Assembly (NCBI GenBank): GCA_963799485.1
Contig: CAWCXJ010000007.1
Location: forward strand, 224,001 to 288,000
Direction: 5' to 3'
Length of the DNA: 64,000 bases
DNA from: an uncultured Trueperaceae bacterium
GTDB taxonomy: Bacteria > Deinococcota > Deinococci > Deinococcales > Trueperaceae
Shown: positions 9,423 through 19,759 of the stretch, one piece after another
How the letters are laid out: each line of letters begins with the position of its first letter
Position numbering within the stretch: the stretch's first letter is position 1
Made by a program: the position numbers and the translations under genes
Notes under the pieces: model-generated
Seen by the model: only the letters and a program-made list of their open reading frames with translations
What the model was told of the DNA's origin: nothing
Database searches by the model: none

Positions 9423-10991
9423 GTGAAAAGACTCGTTCCCCTTTTGCTCAGTTTGTGTCTGGTGCTGTTTGGCAGCGCGTTCGCTCAGACACGTGGCGGT
9501 GAAATGCGTTACGGGCGCTACGCCGACTCGCTCTTTTTAGACCCGGTTCTGAACGACGCCAACCTCGACATCTGGGTGCTGACGAACCTTTACGACACGC
9601 TGCTTCAGCCGACCGAAGACGGTAAGGGAGTTCAGCCAGGGCTCGCCACCGAAGTCGTGCCCTCAGAAGATGGCCTCATTTACACGGTGACGCTCCGCCC
9701 TGATATCAAGTTTGCCGATGGGTCGCCGATCACGCCGGAAGACGTGAAATGGTCGCTCGACCGGGCACGGAATCCAGATAACGGTATCTGGAACTTTACC
9801 TTAGCGTCTGTCGAGTCTGTCGAAGCCGGTGACGGCGAGGTCACGATTACACTCTCCCGCCCCGACGCGACGCTGCGTGCGGCGCTCGCGACCTTTAACT
9901 CGGCGATCATGCCGCAAAAGCTGTTCGAGGCTGCCCCCGGCGCAACCGACGCCGAAAAAGCCGAAGCGTTCGCCGAAAAACCCATCGGGTCGGGGCCGTT
10001 CGTGCTCAGTGAGTGGCGGCGCGGCTCGTATATGGTGATGAAAAAGAATCCGTACTACTGGGAAATGGGCGCAGACGGCGAGCCGCTACCATATCTCGAC
10101 AGTGTACGCTTTGAAATCGTCACCGACGACAACACCCGTATTTTACGGCTCCAAGCAGGTGAACTTCAGGGTGCCGAATCCATCCCTTTAAGCCGCGTTG
10201 CTGAACTCGAGAACGATTCGCGCCTCAGCATGGAGCTGTTTCCCTCGACGCAGGTCAATACGGTCTTGCTGAACAATCGCCCGGAGCTCAACGACGGTTC
10301 GGTCAATCCCTTGGCTGACCTGCGGGTTCGGCAAGCACTCAACTACGCCACCAATAAAGAGGCGCTGATTCAAGTTGTCGCCTTTGGCAACGGCACGCCG
10401 ATGCAGTCGTACATGTCGTCAACCACGCCGCTTTACGCCGCGCAACCGGGTTATCCGTACGACCTCGAGCAGGCCCAGTCGCTGCTCGCCGAAGCGGGTT
10501 ACGCGGACGGTTTTGACGTGAGTATCTTGACGACGACTGGGAGCGCCAACGACGTCGCGTTAGCGACCGCACTGCAAGATATGTGGGGACAGCTCGGCGT
10601 GCGGATCACGATTGAACAGCTCGAGGCCGCCACCGAAGCCGAACGCTACCGGAGTGCCGACTTCGATACGCGCGTCGCGGGGTGGACGAACGACATCAAC
10701 GATCCGAGCCAGATCACCTCGTACTTTGCGATTTTTGACAACATCGAGTCGCTCTACACGGGCTTTCAAAACGACGAGATCGACACCCTTTTTGCCGCGA
10801 GCCAGGGCGAACTCGACACCGCCAAACGCGCCGACGCGTACCGCCAAATCCAGAGCATCTACATGAACCAAGCGCCGATTGTGTTCTTATACGAAACCCC
10901 CTTTCCTGTCGCGCTGCAAACCTCGGTCAAGGGGTTTGTGCAGATTCCGCTGGGGAACAACATCTTTAAGGGTGCGTACCTCGAGCAGTAG
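9423..10991 (+). CDS. Peptide/nickel ABC transporter substrate-binding protein (family 5)
   Basis: Signal peptide, LYDTLL, PGLA, KFADGSPITPEDVKWSL, PIGSGPF; RBS GAGGAG before GTG 9423. Confidence 0.92.
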   Translation: MKRLVPLLLSLCLVLFGSAFAQTRGGEMRYGRYADSLFLDPVLNDANLDIWVLTNLYDTLLQPTEDGKGVQPGLATEVVPSEDGLIYTVTLRPDIKFADGSPITPEDVKWSLDRARNPDNGIWNFTLASVESVEAGDGEVTITLSRPDATLRAALATFNSAIMPQKLFEAAPGATDAEKAEAFAEKPIGSGPFVLSEWRRGSYMVMKKNPYYWEMGADGEPLPYLDSVRFEIVTDDNTRILRLQAGELQGAESIPLSRVAELENDSRLSMELFPSTQVNTVLLNNRPELNDGSVNPLADLRVRQALNYATNKEALIQVVAFGNGTPMQSYMSSTTPLYAAQPGYPYDLEQAQSLLAEAGYADGFDVSILTTTGSANDVALATALQDMWGQLGVRITIEQLEAATEAERYRSADFDTRVAGWTNDINDPSQITSYFAIFDNIESLYTGFQNDEIDTLFAASQGELDTAKRADAYRQIQSIYMNQAPIVFLYETPFPVALQTSVKGFVQIPLGNNIFKGAYLEQ

Positions 10992-11054
10992 CTTCCACCA
11001 GAGCAGCCTTACGGGGCTGATCAACTAAGACCGCGCTGATGAACTGGGGATCAA

Positions 11055-11996
11055 GTGAACAGGTGGCAGTACGCCCTAACCCGGCTTTTACAGATTATTC
11101 CTACATTTTTCGTTGTGATGCTGCTCGTTTTTGTGATGGTGCGCCTTTTACCTGGCGACCCGGCGAGCGCGATTTTGGGCGAACGGGCGACGCCGGAAGC
11201 AATTACGCGGATTAATCAGCAGTTGGGTCTCGACAAGCCGCTCCCGGTACAGTTCGGTATTTTCGTGCAGAACTTTTTTCGTGGCGACTTGGGTGCGTCC
11301 TTAAACCTCAAGGTGCCGGTGCTGACGCTGATCGCTCAAAGGATGCCGATTACGCTGCTGCTCACGCTTTACGCGGCTGTTCTTGCAGCGATTTTGGCGG
11401 TGCCGCTGGCGATTTTAGCAGCGTTTACCAGGGGCACGTGGGTTGATGCGCTCATTCGCGGCGTCTTCCAAGTTGGACTCTCGGTACCAGTTTTTTACGT
11501 CGGCTTGCAACTCTTGACCTTCTTCGGCGCACGCTTAGGTTGGTTTCCGGTAGGGGGTATCGGCAACAACTTCATCCAGAACCTGTACTACCTCTTTTTG
11601 CCCGCACTCTCGCTGGGGTTTTATCTGGCAGCTATTTTGATGCGCAATTTACGTGCGTCGATTATCGAGGTTTTTAGCGCTGAATATGTTGAGTTCGCTC
11701 GGTCGAAAGGGCTTAAGAGGCGGGTAGTCATCCTTAAACATATCTTGCGTAACGCCCTCATCTCGACCGTTACGCTCTTCGGCCTCAGCATCGGACAGCT
11801 CATCGGGGGCGCGGTCATCACTGAAACCGTCTTTGCGATTCCCGGCGTTGGACGCCTGATGGTTGACGCTATTTTCGGGCGTGACTACGCCGTGATTCAG
11901 GGGCTGACCCTGACCTTTGCGCTGCTCGTCTCAGTCGTGTTTCTCCTCACCGACCTCGTTTACGCTGCGCTCGACCCGCGTACCGAGTACGCCTAA
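11055..11996 (+). CDS. Peptide ABC permease (DppB-like)
   Basis: PGDPA, GLDKPL, EYVEFARSKGL EAA loop. Confidence 0.92.
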   Translation: MNRWQYALTRLLQIIPTFFVVMLLVFVMVRLLPGDPASAILGERATPEAITRINQQLGLDKPLPVQFGIFVQNFFRGDLGASLNLKVPVLTLIAQRMPITLLLTLYAAVLAAILAVPLAILAAFTRGTWVDALIRGVFQVGLSVPVFYVGLQLLTFFGARLGWFPVGGIGNNFIQNLYYLFLPALSLGFYLAAILMRNLRASIIEVFSAEYVEFARSKGLKRRVVILKHILRNALISTVTLFGLSIGQLIGGAVITETVFAIPGVGRLMVDAIFGRDYAVIQGLTLTFALLVSVVFLLTDLVYAALDPRTEYA

Positions 11997-12008
11997 AGAA
12001 GGTTTTTA

Positions 12009-12863
12009 GTGGCTACCCCTGCGCTCAGTAACCGCAACGCCCCGCGCAGCCTCTTGCGCGTGCGTCCTAAACCGACCCTGCTCGTCGGTCTGCTGCTTCT
12101 CGCCGTATTTTTAGCAACGGCTTTTTTCCCGGCTCAGCTTGCCCCTTATGACCCATCTGAGTTCGACTACACCGCGCTGATGCAAGGCCCGAGCGCCGCG
12201 CACCCGTTCGGCACCGATAATTTCGGCCGCGACATCTTTTCACGCGTGATTTGGGGCGCGAGAGTTGACCTGCAGATCGCCCTTTTTACCACCCTGTTCC
12301 CTTTTGTCTTTGGGACGATTGTCGGAGCGCTGACCGGTTACTACGGGCGCTGGCTCGACGCCATTTTCGGGCGCATCGTCGATGTTGTCGTCGTATTTCC
12401 ATTTTTGGTGTTGGTCATCGCTATCGTCGCCATTTTAGGCCCCGGCCTCTTAAACCTCTACATCGCCGTAAGTTCAGTGGGTTGGATTTACTACGCGCGG
12501 CTTGTGCGCGGTGAGATGATGGTACAGAAAAAAGCCGAGTACGCGCAGGCCGCCAAGGTGATGGGCTATTCCCCCACCCGAATCATCTTCCGCCACCTCT
12601 TACCCAACGCCGTTACGCCCGCCATCGTTTACCTTATGACCGACATGTCGCTCGGGATCTTGCTCGGCGCGTCGCTGGGGTACTTGGGCCTCGGCGCACA
12701 ACCCCCGACCGCTGAATGGGGCGTGATGGTCGCCGACGGCAAAAACTTTATGGTGACGGCCCCGTGGATGACGACGTTCCCGGGTCTGGCGCTGACTGTT
12801 GCGGGCATCACGTTCAGCCTGATCGGGGACGGGCTGGCCGACCTGCTAAGGCCGCGCGCGTGA
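12009..12863 (+). CDS. Peptide ABC permease (DppC-like)
   Basis: HPFGTDNFGRDIFSR, HLLPN, PPTAEWG. Confidence 0.92.
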   Translation: MATPALSNRNAPRSLLRVRPKPTLLVGLLLLAVFLATAFFPAQLAPYDPSEFDYTALMQGPSAAHPFGTDNFGRDIFSRVIWGARVDLQIALFTTLFPFVFGTIVGALTGYYGRWLDAIFGRIVDVVVVFPFLVLVIAIVAILGPGLLNLYIAVSSVGWIYYARLVRGEMMVQKKAEYAQAAKVMGYSPTRIIFRHLLPNAVTPAIVYLMTDMSLGILLGASLGYLGLGAQPPTAEWGVMVADGKNFMVTAPWMTTFPGLALTVAGITFSLIGDGLADLLRPRA

Positions 12864-13861
12864 GCGAGCCTATATTATCGGTGCGCAACCTAAGCACCAC
12901 GTTTTCAACCCCAAGGGGCCCCCTACAAGCTGTCAACGACGTCAGCTTCGACGTATATCCGGGTGAGGTCTTGGGGATCGTCGGTGAATCGGGTTCGGGC
13001 AAGAGTGTCACGTTACGTTCGATCTTACGGCTGTTGCGCCCCCCGACCAAGCTGAACGGCGAAGTGAGGTGGCAAGGCGAAAACTTGCTCAAAGTCTTGC
13101 CCGAACGGTTGCGTAAGGTCACGGGGGGCGAGATCAGCATCATCTTTCAAGAACCGATGACCGCGCTGAATCCGGTGCTGAGCGTCGGTGAGCAGATTTT
13201 AGAGAGTCTAGACGAGCACGAGCGGCTCTCGAAAAAAGAGGCCAGGGCACGCGCTGAAGAACTCCTGTCGCTCGTCGGCATTCCCTCACCCCGCGAACGT
13301 TTGGGCGACTACGCGCACCAGTTTTCCGGCGGGATGCGGCAACGGGCGATGATCGCCATTGCGCTTGCCTCAAATCCGAAACTCCTGTTAGCCGACGAAC
13401 CGACCACCGCGCTCGACGTGACCATCCAAGACCAAATCTTAAAGCTGCTGCTGCGGCTTAAAGATCAGCTCGAGATGAGCGTCGTCATCGTTACCCATGA
13501 CCTCGGTGTGGTGGCGCAGACGTGCGACCGGGTGGCCGTAATGTACGCCGGACGTATCGTCGAAACTGCGCTGGTTGCGGAGCTTCTGGGAACGCCGCAA
13601 CACGCTTATACGCTCGGGCTTTTACGGTCGCTCCCCGGTGAAGGGTCGCGGCGGCAACCCCTCTCGCCGATTCCCGGTGCGCCGCCCAACCTTTTGGACT
13701 TGCCGGGCGGCTGCGCTTTCGCACCGCGCTGCGCTTACGCCGACGAGGCTTGTCTGAAAGCGGTACCACCTCTGGCTGGTGTCGCCCCGGAACATCTCTC
13801 GGCGTGTATTCATCATGAGCTGTTACCCAAACCCGCCACTAGCACGGAGGTGACTGCGTGA
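12860..13861 (+). CDS. Peptide ABC ATP-binding protein (DppD-like)
   Basis: [25 protein letters not shown]-terminal Cys motif; GTG overlaps upstream stop. Confidence 0.93.
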   Translation: MSEPILSVRNLSTTFSTPRGPLQAVNDVSFDVYPGEVLGIVGESGSGKSVTLRSILRLLRPPTKLNGEVRWQGENLLKVLPERLRKVTGGEISIIFQEPMTALNPVLSVGEQILESLDEHERLSKKEARARAEELLSLVGIPSPRERLGDYAHQFSGGMRQRAMIAIALASNPKLLLADEPTTALDVTIQDQILKLLLRLKDQLEMSVVIVTHDLGVVAQTCDRVAVMYAGRIVETALVAELLGTPQHAYTLGLLRSLPGEGSRRQPLSPIPGAPPNLLDLPGGCAFAPRCAYADEACLKAVPPLAGVAPEHLSACIHHELLPKPATSTEVTA

Positions 13862-14916
13862 GCGAGACGCTCCTCAAAGTTCAAAATCTGACGAAGACGT
13901 TTCCGGTGAAAGCGCCGTTTTGGGGACGACTGCGCGGCACGACGAAACCGGTCGTGCGCGCGCTGACGGGTGTGAACTTGGAGGTTCAGCGCGGCGAAAC
14001 CTTAGGCATCGTCGGCGAGTCGGGGTGCGGCAAATCTACGCTGGCGCGTTGCCTGGTGCGGCTTTACGAAGCCGAGGACGGCAGCATCGAATACGGCGGC
14101 GAAGATGTGCGGGCGCTCCGCGGTGGGGCACTCCGGGCGTACAACCGCCGCGTGCAGATGGTTTTTCAAGACCCCTACAGCTCGCTAAACCCAAGGATGA
14201 CGGTCGAACAAACCCTCGCCGAATCGTTACGGGTTCACCGCATCTGCTCGCCCAGCAAAGTCAAAACGAGAATTAGCGAGCTGTTAGGACTTGTCGGTTT
14301 GCCGCAAAGCGCGGCGCAGCGGCTGCCCCACGAGTTTTCCGGGGGGCAGCGTCAGCGTATCGGGATTGCTCGCGCCTTGTCTGTCGAACCCGAATGTTTA
14401 GTCGCCGACGAACTTGTCTCTGCGCTCGACGTATCGGTACAAGCGCAGGTCGTCAATTTGCTGCTAGAGCTACAAGACAAACTGCACCTTACCGTGCTCT
14501 TCGTCGCGCACGATTTACGGCTGGTGCACCACATCTCGCACCGCGTCGCGGTGATGTATCTAGGTAACGTCGTTGAGGTTGCCGATACCGAAACGCTCTT
14601 CGCGCGTCCGCAGCATCCCTATACGCAGGCGCTCCTCGCTGCCGCACCCGACCTCGATCCGGCGAAAAAGAGCACGGTCGCCGCCGTACAGGGCGAGCTG
14701 CCGAGCCCGCTCAAGGTGCCGAGTGGTTGCGCGTTTCATACCCGCTGCCCGCATGCATTTGACCGCTGCAAAACCGAGAAGCCCAGGCTCGAGCCCCGTG
14801 TAGCAGACGCACCCCAACCGGGCCACTCGGCCGCGTGTCACCTTTACGAACCTGCTCGAGGTTCTACTTTCAGGCCCCCTACTTCTGAAACCGAGCAGCT
14901 TTCCAGACCGGCTTAA
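13858..14916 (+). CDS. Peptide ABC ATP-binding protein (DppF-like)
   Basis: GESGCGKS, FSGGQRQR, GCAFHTRCP. Confidence 0.93.
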   Translation: MSETLLKVQNLTKTFPVKAPFWGRLRGTTKPVVRALTGVNLEVQRGETLGIVGESGCGKSTLARCLVRLYEAEDGSIEYGGEDVRALRGGALRAYNRRVQMVFQDPYSSLNPRMTVEQTLAESLRVHRICSPSKVKTRISELLGLVGLPQSAAQRLPHEFSGGQRQRIGIARALSVEPECLVADELVSALDVSVQAQVVNLLLELQDKLHLTVLFVAHDLRLVHHISHRVAVMYLGNVVEVADTETLFARPQHPYTQALLAAAPDLDPAKKSTVAAVQGELPSPLKVPSGCAFHTRCPHAFDRCKTEKPRLEPRVADAPQPGHSAACHLYEPARGSTFRPPTSETEQLSRPA

Positions 14917-14930
14917 TCCTGAGCCCCAGT

Positions 14931-15920
14931 ATGCACTTCTACCTCGACCGCTCCCTCCCCATCCCCGTCGGCGTGCAGCTGCGCGGGCAGCTCGAGTACG
15001 GCGTCGCCTGCGGCGACATCGGGCGGGGCAGCAAACTCCCGTCGGTACGCGACCTCTCGCGTACCCTGGGCGTCGCACCCGCCACGGTGTCGCAAGTCTA
15101 TAAAGAGTTGTTACAAGAAGGGCTGCTCGAGACCGTTCCCGGCAAAGGTACCTACGTCACCGAATCGCCGCGCACGCCTGCGCGCGATTTTACGGCGCTG
15201 CACCGTATCGCCGACGAACTGATTGACCGTGCCTACGCTTTAGGGTACGAGGCCGCTGAACTCGCGCAACTCGTACAGCTTAAAGTGAGCAGCTACCGCC
15301 CCACTAGGCCGCTCGAACTCGTCTTCGTCGGGATTTTTCCCGAGGCGACCCGCGCCTACACCGACGCGCTGCGGCACTTTTTGAAACCGACCGACCAGCT
15401 TAGAGGAATCACACTGGACGAGCTGGCTCAGTTTGAAGGACAAACGCTATGTGCAGACGCCGACCTCGTGATTACGCTGGGGCACCGTGAAGGTGCGGTG
15501 CGCAAACTGCTCGGCGCGGCGCGGCCGCTAACTTCGGTGAACCTACTGCCCACCGAAGACGTTCGGGCTGCGCTCGCTGCGCTTGCCCCGCAAACCCGGC
15601 TCGGGCTGGTCGCAACCTTCCCGGAGTTTTTACCGACGATGAAAAACGGCGTCGTCCACTGTGCACCCGGCGCTGAGGTGCGCCCCTGCACCCTCCATAA
15701 TCCTGCCCTGCCCGACCTGCTCGCCTGGAGTGAAGTCGTTGTCTACGCCACCGGTTCCGAAGTGGTTGCAGAGGCCGCGCCACCTCACGTCGTCACCTTT
15801 GAATACCGTCACACGCCTGAAACCCATTCAGTCGAAACGAAACTGCTTCCCTTGATTGAAAAATTGCGCTTTGAAAAGAGGCAAGATGAACATCCGCGAA
15901 ATGAACTGGCTACAAGTTGA
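14931..15920 (+). CDS. GntR-family regulator (YtrA-like HTH plus long C-terminal domain)
   Basis: KLPSVRDLSRTLGVAPATVSQVYKEL..EGLLETVPGKGTYV. Confidence 0.88.
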   Translation: MHFYLDRSLPIPVGVQLRGQLEYGVACGDIGRGSKLPSVRDLSRTLGVAPATVSQVYKELLQEGLLETVPGKGTYVTESPRTPARDFTALHRIADELIDRAYALGYEAAELAQLVQLKVSSYRPTRPLELVFVGIFPEATRAYTDALRHFLKPTDQLRGITLDELAQFEGQTLCADADLVITLGHREGAVRKLLGAARPLTSVNLLPTEDVRAALAALAPQTRLGLVATFPEFLPTMKNGVVHCAPGAEVRPCTLHNPALPDLLAWSEVVVYATGSEVVAEAAPPHVVTFEYRHTPETHSVETKLLPLIEKLRFEKRQDEHPRNELATS

Positions 15921-16593
15921 AGCGTATCTTCAAGGTGACGACCGGGTTGTTCTGCCCCTCGGTTCAACCGAACAACACGCTTATTTGAGCCTTTGTGTTG
16001 ACAATATCCTGGCCGAACGGGTCGCACTCGCGGCTGCCGAACCGCTCGGCGTCCCCGTGTTTCCGACGGTCAATTATGGGTTGACGCCCTACTTTCGCGC
16101 TTACCCCGGCAGCCTTACGCTGCGCACCGTGACGTATTTGAGTGTCGTAAAAGACCTGCTCGACAGCCTCGCCGAAAACGGCTTCCGCCGCATCTTGCTT
16201 GTCAACGGACACGGCGGGAACGCCCCGGCGCAAGGCTTCGTCAGCGAGTGGATGGCCGATAACCCCGGTTGCCGCGTCAAGTTTCACAACTGGTGGAGCG
16301 CGCCCAAAACAATTCAAAAAGTTCATGAGACCGACCCGCAAGCCTCGCACGCGTCGTGGATGGAAAACTTTCCCTGGACGCGGCTGCCGGGGGTTGAGCT
16401 GCCGGGTGAGCAGAAGCCGATGATCGACCCCGCGCACATGCGGCTGCTGACCCCGCAAGAACTCCGCGAGTATCTCCAAGAGGGCAATTTCGGCGGCTAC
16501 TTTCAGCGTTCAAATGAAGACATGCAGGCTATCTGGGACGTGGCTGTCAATGAGACGCGGGAACTGTTGGCAAAAGACTGGGGCAACGCGTGA
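15886..16593 (+). CDS. Creatininase family amidohydrolase
   Basis: PLGSTEQH, VNGHGGN, SHASWME. Confidence 0.9.
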   Translation: MNIREMNWLQVEAYLQGDDRVVLPLGSTEQHAYLSLCVDNILAERVALAAAEPLGVPVFPTVNYGLTPYFRAYPGSLTLRTVTYLSVVKDLLDSLAENGFRRILLVNGHGGNAPAQGFVSEWMADNPGCRVKFHNWWSAPKTIQKVHETDPQASHASWMENFPWTRLPGVELPGEQKPMIDPAHMRLLTPQELREYLQEGNFGGYFQRSNEDMQAIWDVAVNETRELLAKDWGNA

Positions 16594-17612
16594 AGGTCCT
16601 GCTCTGGGGTGCAGGGGCAATCGGCGGCACCCTGGGCGCGTATTTTACGCGATCAGGTCATGACGTGACGCTCGTTGATACGGTTGTGGAGCACATCGAG
16701 GCCATTGCCGACAAGGGGCTAAATATTACCGGGCCGATTGAAACCTTTAACGTCGGCGTACCCGCGTTCGTTCCCGCAAAGCTTACCGGGCAGTGGGACT
16801 GCGTGCTGCTCTGCACCAAAGCACAACATACCGAAACAGCACTTACCGCCCTGCTCCCTCACCTATCTAAGAACGGTTACGTCGTTTCAGTCCAAAACGG
16901 GCTCAACGAGCAGACGCTGGCAGACAAACTCGGAGAGGCTTACGTCGTCGGTTCATTCGTCAACTTCGGCGCAGACTACCTTGAGCCGGGCGTGATTCAC
17001 TACGGTGGACGCGGCGCGGTCGTTTTAGGTGAGCTGGACGGTCAGGAGACACCCCGGCTCAAAGCGTTACACGAGCTGTTTTTGACCTTTGACGACGCAG
17101 CCATCACTACGCCGAACATCTGGGGTTACTTGTGGGGCAAATTGGCTTACGGCGCGATGCTCTTTGCCACCGCCCTGACCAACGCCTCCATTGCCGACGC
17201 GTTAGACCATCCCGAGTACCGCACGCTTTACATTGCGCTGGGTCAAGAGGTTTTACGGGTTGCTGAAGCGTTAAACGTTCAACCTGAAGCGTTTAACGGC
17301 TTCGATCCGCAGGCGTTTCTGCCGGACACGCCGGAAGCCGTGTCGCAGCGGTCGCTTGACGAGATGGTGGCCTTCAACCGCAAGTCGGCGAAAACGCACA
17401 GCGGCATCTGGCGAGATTTGGCGGTGCGCAAACGCCGTACCGAGGTTGACCCGCAACTCGGGGCGATTGTTGAGGCAGGGCGGCGCGTCGGGGTTGCCAC
17501 GCCGATTACGGCAAAACTTACCCAACTTGTGCACGACATCGAAGACGGACGCCGCGCCCAAGGCTGGGACGCCCTCGCGGTTTTACGGCAAACTCAGCTG
17601 AGTTACGCGTGA
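16590..17612 (+). CDS. Ketopantoate reductase family oxidoreductase
   Basis: GAGAIG, SVQNGL, LWGKL, SGIWRDL..RRTEVD. Confidence 0.85.
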   Translation: MKVLLWGAGAIGGTLGAYFTRSGHDVTLVDTVVEHIEAIADKGLNITGPIETFNVGVPAFVPAKLTGQWDCVLLCTKAQHTETALTALLPHLSKNGYVVSVQNGLNEQTLADKLGEAYVVGSFVNFGADYLEPGVIHYGGRGAVVLGELDGQETPRLKALHELFLTFDDAAITTPNIWGYLWGKLAYGAMLFATALTNASIADALDHPEYRTLYIALGQEVLRVAEALNVQPEAFNGFDPQAFLPDTPEAVSQRSLDEMVAFNRKSAKTHSGIWRDLAVRKRRTEVDPQLGAIVEAGRRVGVATPITAKLTQLVHDIEDGRRAQGWDALAVLRQTQLSYA

Positions 17613-18373
17613 GCTTCGATTTTACGGGCCAAACGGTCATCGTGACGGGAGCCGCGCACGGCTTCGGGCGGGCGATTGCGCTTTCGTTTGCGGCGCTCGG
17701 CGCAGCGGTGTGGGCGGGTGACGTAAATCAAAAAGGGTTAATCCAAACCGCAGCAGAAGCTAACGGTTTAGCCGGTTCTGTAGAGACGCGCCTCGTAGAT
17801 GTAACAGATAAAGCTGCTGTTGAGGCGTTTGTGAATGAAGTGACCGCTGAACATGGCCTCGAGATTTTGGTCAACAATGCCGGGGGCGTCCTCGGACAGG
17901 TAGGAAGGCCGCTCGAGCAGGTCAGCGCCGAGGACTGGGAGCGTATCTTCGGCGTCAACGTAGACGGCGCGTTTTACTTCACTCAAGCCGTCGCACCTGT
18001 GATGAAAGCGGCGCGGTTTGGACGCATCGTCAACATCTCCTCCGGGGCCGGACTCGGCGTCAGCTTGACGGGGATTCAGGCGTATGCAGCGGCCAAAGCC
18101 GCGCAAATCGGTTTAACCCGGCAGCTCGCGCACGAATTCGGGCCGTGGAATATCACGGTCAATAATGTTGCACCGGGGTTTGTGCGCTCGAACCCGGCGA
18201 CCGAAAAGCAGTGGGCGTCTTACGGCGAAGCGGGACAGCAGGCGCTTGTAGAGAAAATCGCGCTCCGGCGGCTCGGTACCCCTGAAGACATCGCCAACGG
18301 GGTACTGTTTTTCGCGTCGCCTTATGCGGGTTGGATAACTGGACAGGTCTTGTCGGTTGACGGGGGCAAATAG
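17609..18373 (+). CDS. SDR family oxidoreductase
   Basis: TGAAHGFG, NNAG, YAAAK. Confidence 0.92.
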   Translation: MSFDFTGQTVIVTGAAHGFGRAIALSFAALGAAVWAGDVNQKGLIQTAAEANGLAGSVETRLVDVTDKAAVEAFVNEVTAEHGLEILVNNAGGVLGQVGRPLEQVSAEDWERIFGVNVDGAFYFTQAVAPVMKAARFGRIVNISSGAGLGVSLTGIQAYAAAKAAQIGLTRQLAHEFGPWNITVNNVAPGFVRSNPATEKQWASYGEAGQQALVEKIALRRLGTPEDIANGVLFFASPYAGWITGQVLSVDGGK

Positions 18374-19759
18374 GTGAACGTTTACGCGTATTTGGACGCG
18401 CACAAAGGCGAGGTTTTACAGGACGTACTCGAGTTTGCCGCCATCCCCAGCATCAGTACCGACGCAAGCTATAAGAATGAGGTGGCCCGCGCCGCGCGCT
18501 GGGTCGCGGCGCAGTTGACAAAGGCGGGGCCGCTCGAGACCGAAGTTTTTGAAACCGAAGGTCATCCTGTCGTCTACGCTGAATGGCTCGGCGCAGCGGG
18601 CCAACCCACCATTTTGGTTTACGCGCATTACGACGTGCAACCGCCCGACCCGCTCAAGAAGTGGACTTCGCCGCCGTTTACGCCAACCATCCGGGACGGG
18701 CGTATCTACGCGCGGGGCGTCTCCGACGACAAAGCGCCGCTGCTAACGACCATCAAAGTCGCGCAGGCGTTTTTTGCTACTAAAGGCCGCTTGCCGCTCA
18801 ACGTCAAGTTTTTGTTCGAGGGCGAAGAAGAGGTTAGTAGCCCAAACCTCGAGGGCTTTATTAAAGAACACGCCGAACGCCTCTAGGCAGATTTCGTCAT
18901 CTCCGCAGACGGGGCGATGTGGCGAGCTGACACGCCTTCTTTGAACGTCAGCAGCCGGGGTTTGGCTGCCCTGGAGTTTAGCGTTTACGGCCCCGGCAAA
19001 GACCTCCATTCAGGGCGGCACGGCGGCGGCGTTGCCAATCCGCTGCACGCTATGGCGAGCCTCGTTGCCAGTTTGCACGACGAAAATGGACGCGTCGCCG
19101 TAAAAGGGTTTTACGATGCGGTCGAAGAGCTGACCCCGGCAGAGCGTCAGGCGGTGGCAGCATTACCCTTTGACGAAGCTGCCTACCTGACTGAAGTCGG
19201 GAGTTCTGCACCTTACGGCGAGGCAGGCTATACGACGCTCGAGCGTGCTTGGCACCGGCCCACCTTAGAGGTCAACGGGTTGTGGGGTGGGTATCAGGGT
19301 GAGGGAAACAAAACCGTCATTCCGAGTGAGGCGCACGCCAAACTGACCTGTCGTTTGGTGCCGAAGCAAGACCCGCAAGACATCATGGAAAAAATCGTCA
19401 GGCACCTAGAGGCAAATTTGCCGGAAGGTGTCCGGTTAGAGGTCGGGGAGTCCGAACACGGGGCTGACGCGTACCGTTTACCCCTCGAGCATCCGGGATT
19501 ACGCGCTGCAAAAACGGTTTTACGCGACCTTTACGGCGTAGACCCGCTCCTCGTCGGCGTCGGTGGCACCGTGCCCGTTTGCGCGACCTTTCAGCGTTTG
19601 TTGGGTATGGACACGGTATTTTTTGCGTTCGGCGTCGGGGACGAAGATATCCATTCGCCTAACGAGTTTTTTAGAATCCCTCGGCTTTTTGAGGGTTTAC
19701 ATGCGTGGGCAGGGTTGTGGGAACGTTTAGGAGAGGTATGCGTGCGTACAAAGATTTAA
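18374..19759 (+). pseudogene. M20 dipeptidase interrupted by in-frame TAG at 18884-18886
   Basis: HYDVQP, RGVSDDK, EGEEE ... ERL*ADFVISADG ... DLHSG, HSPNE, all in one frame. Confidence 0.88.
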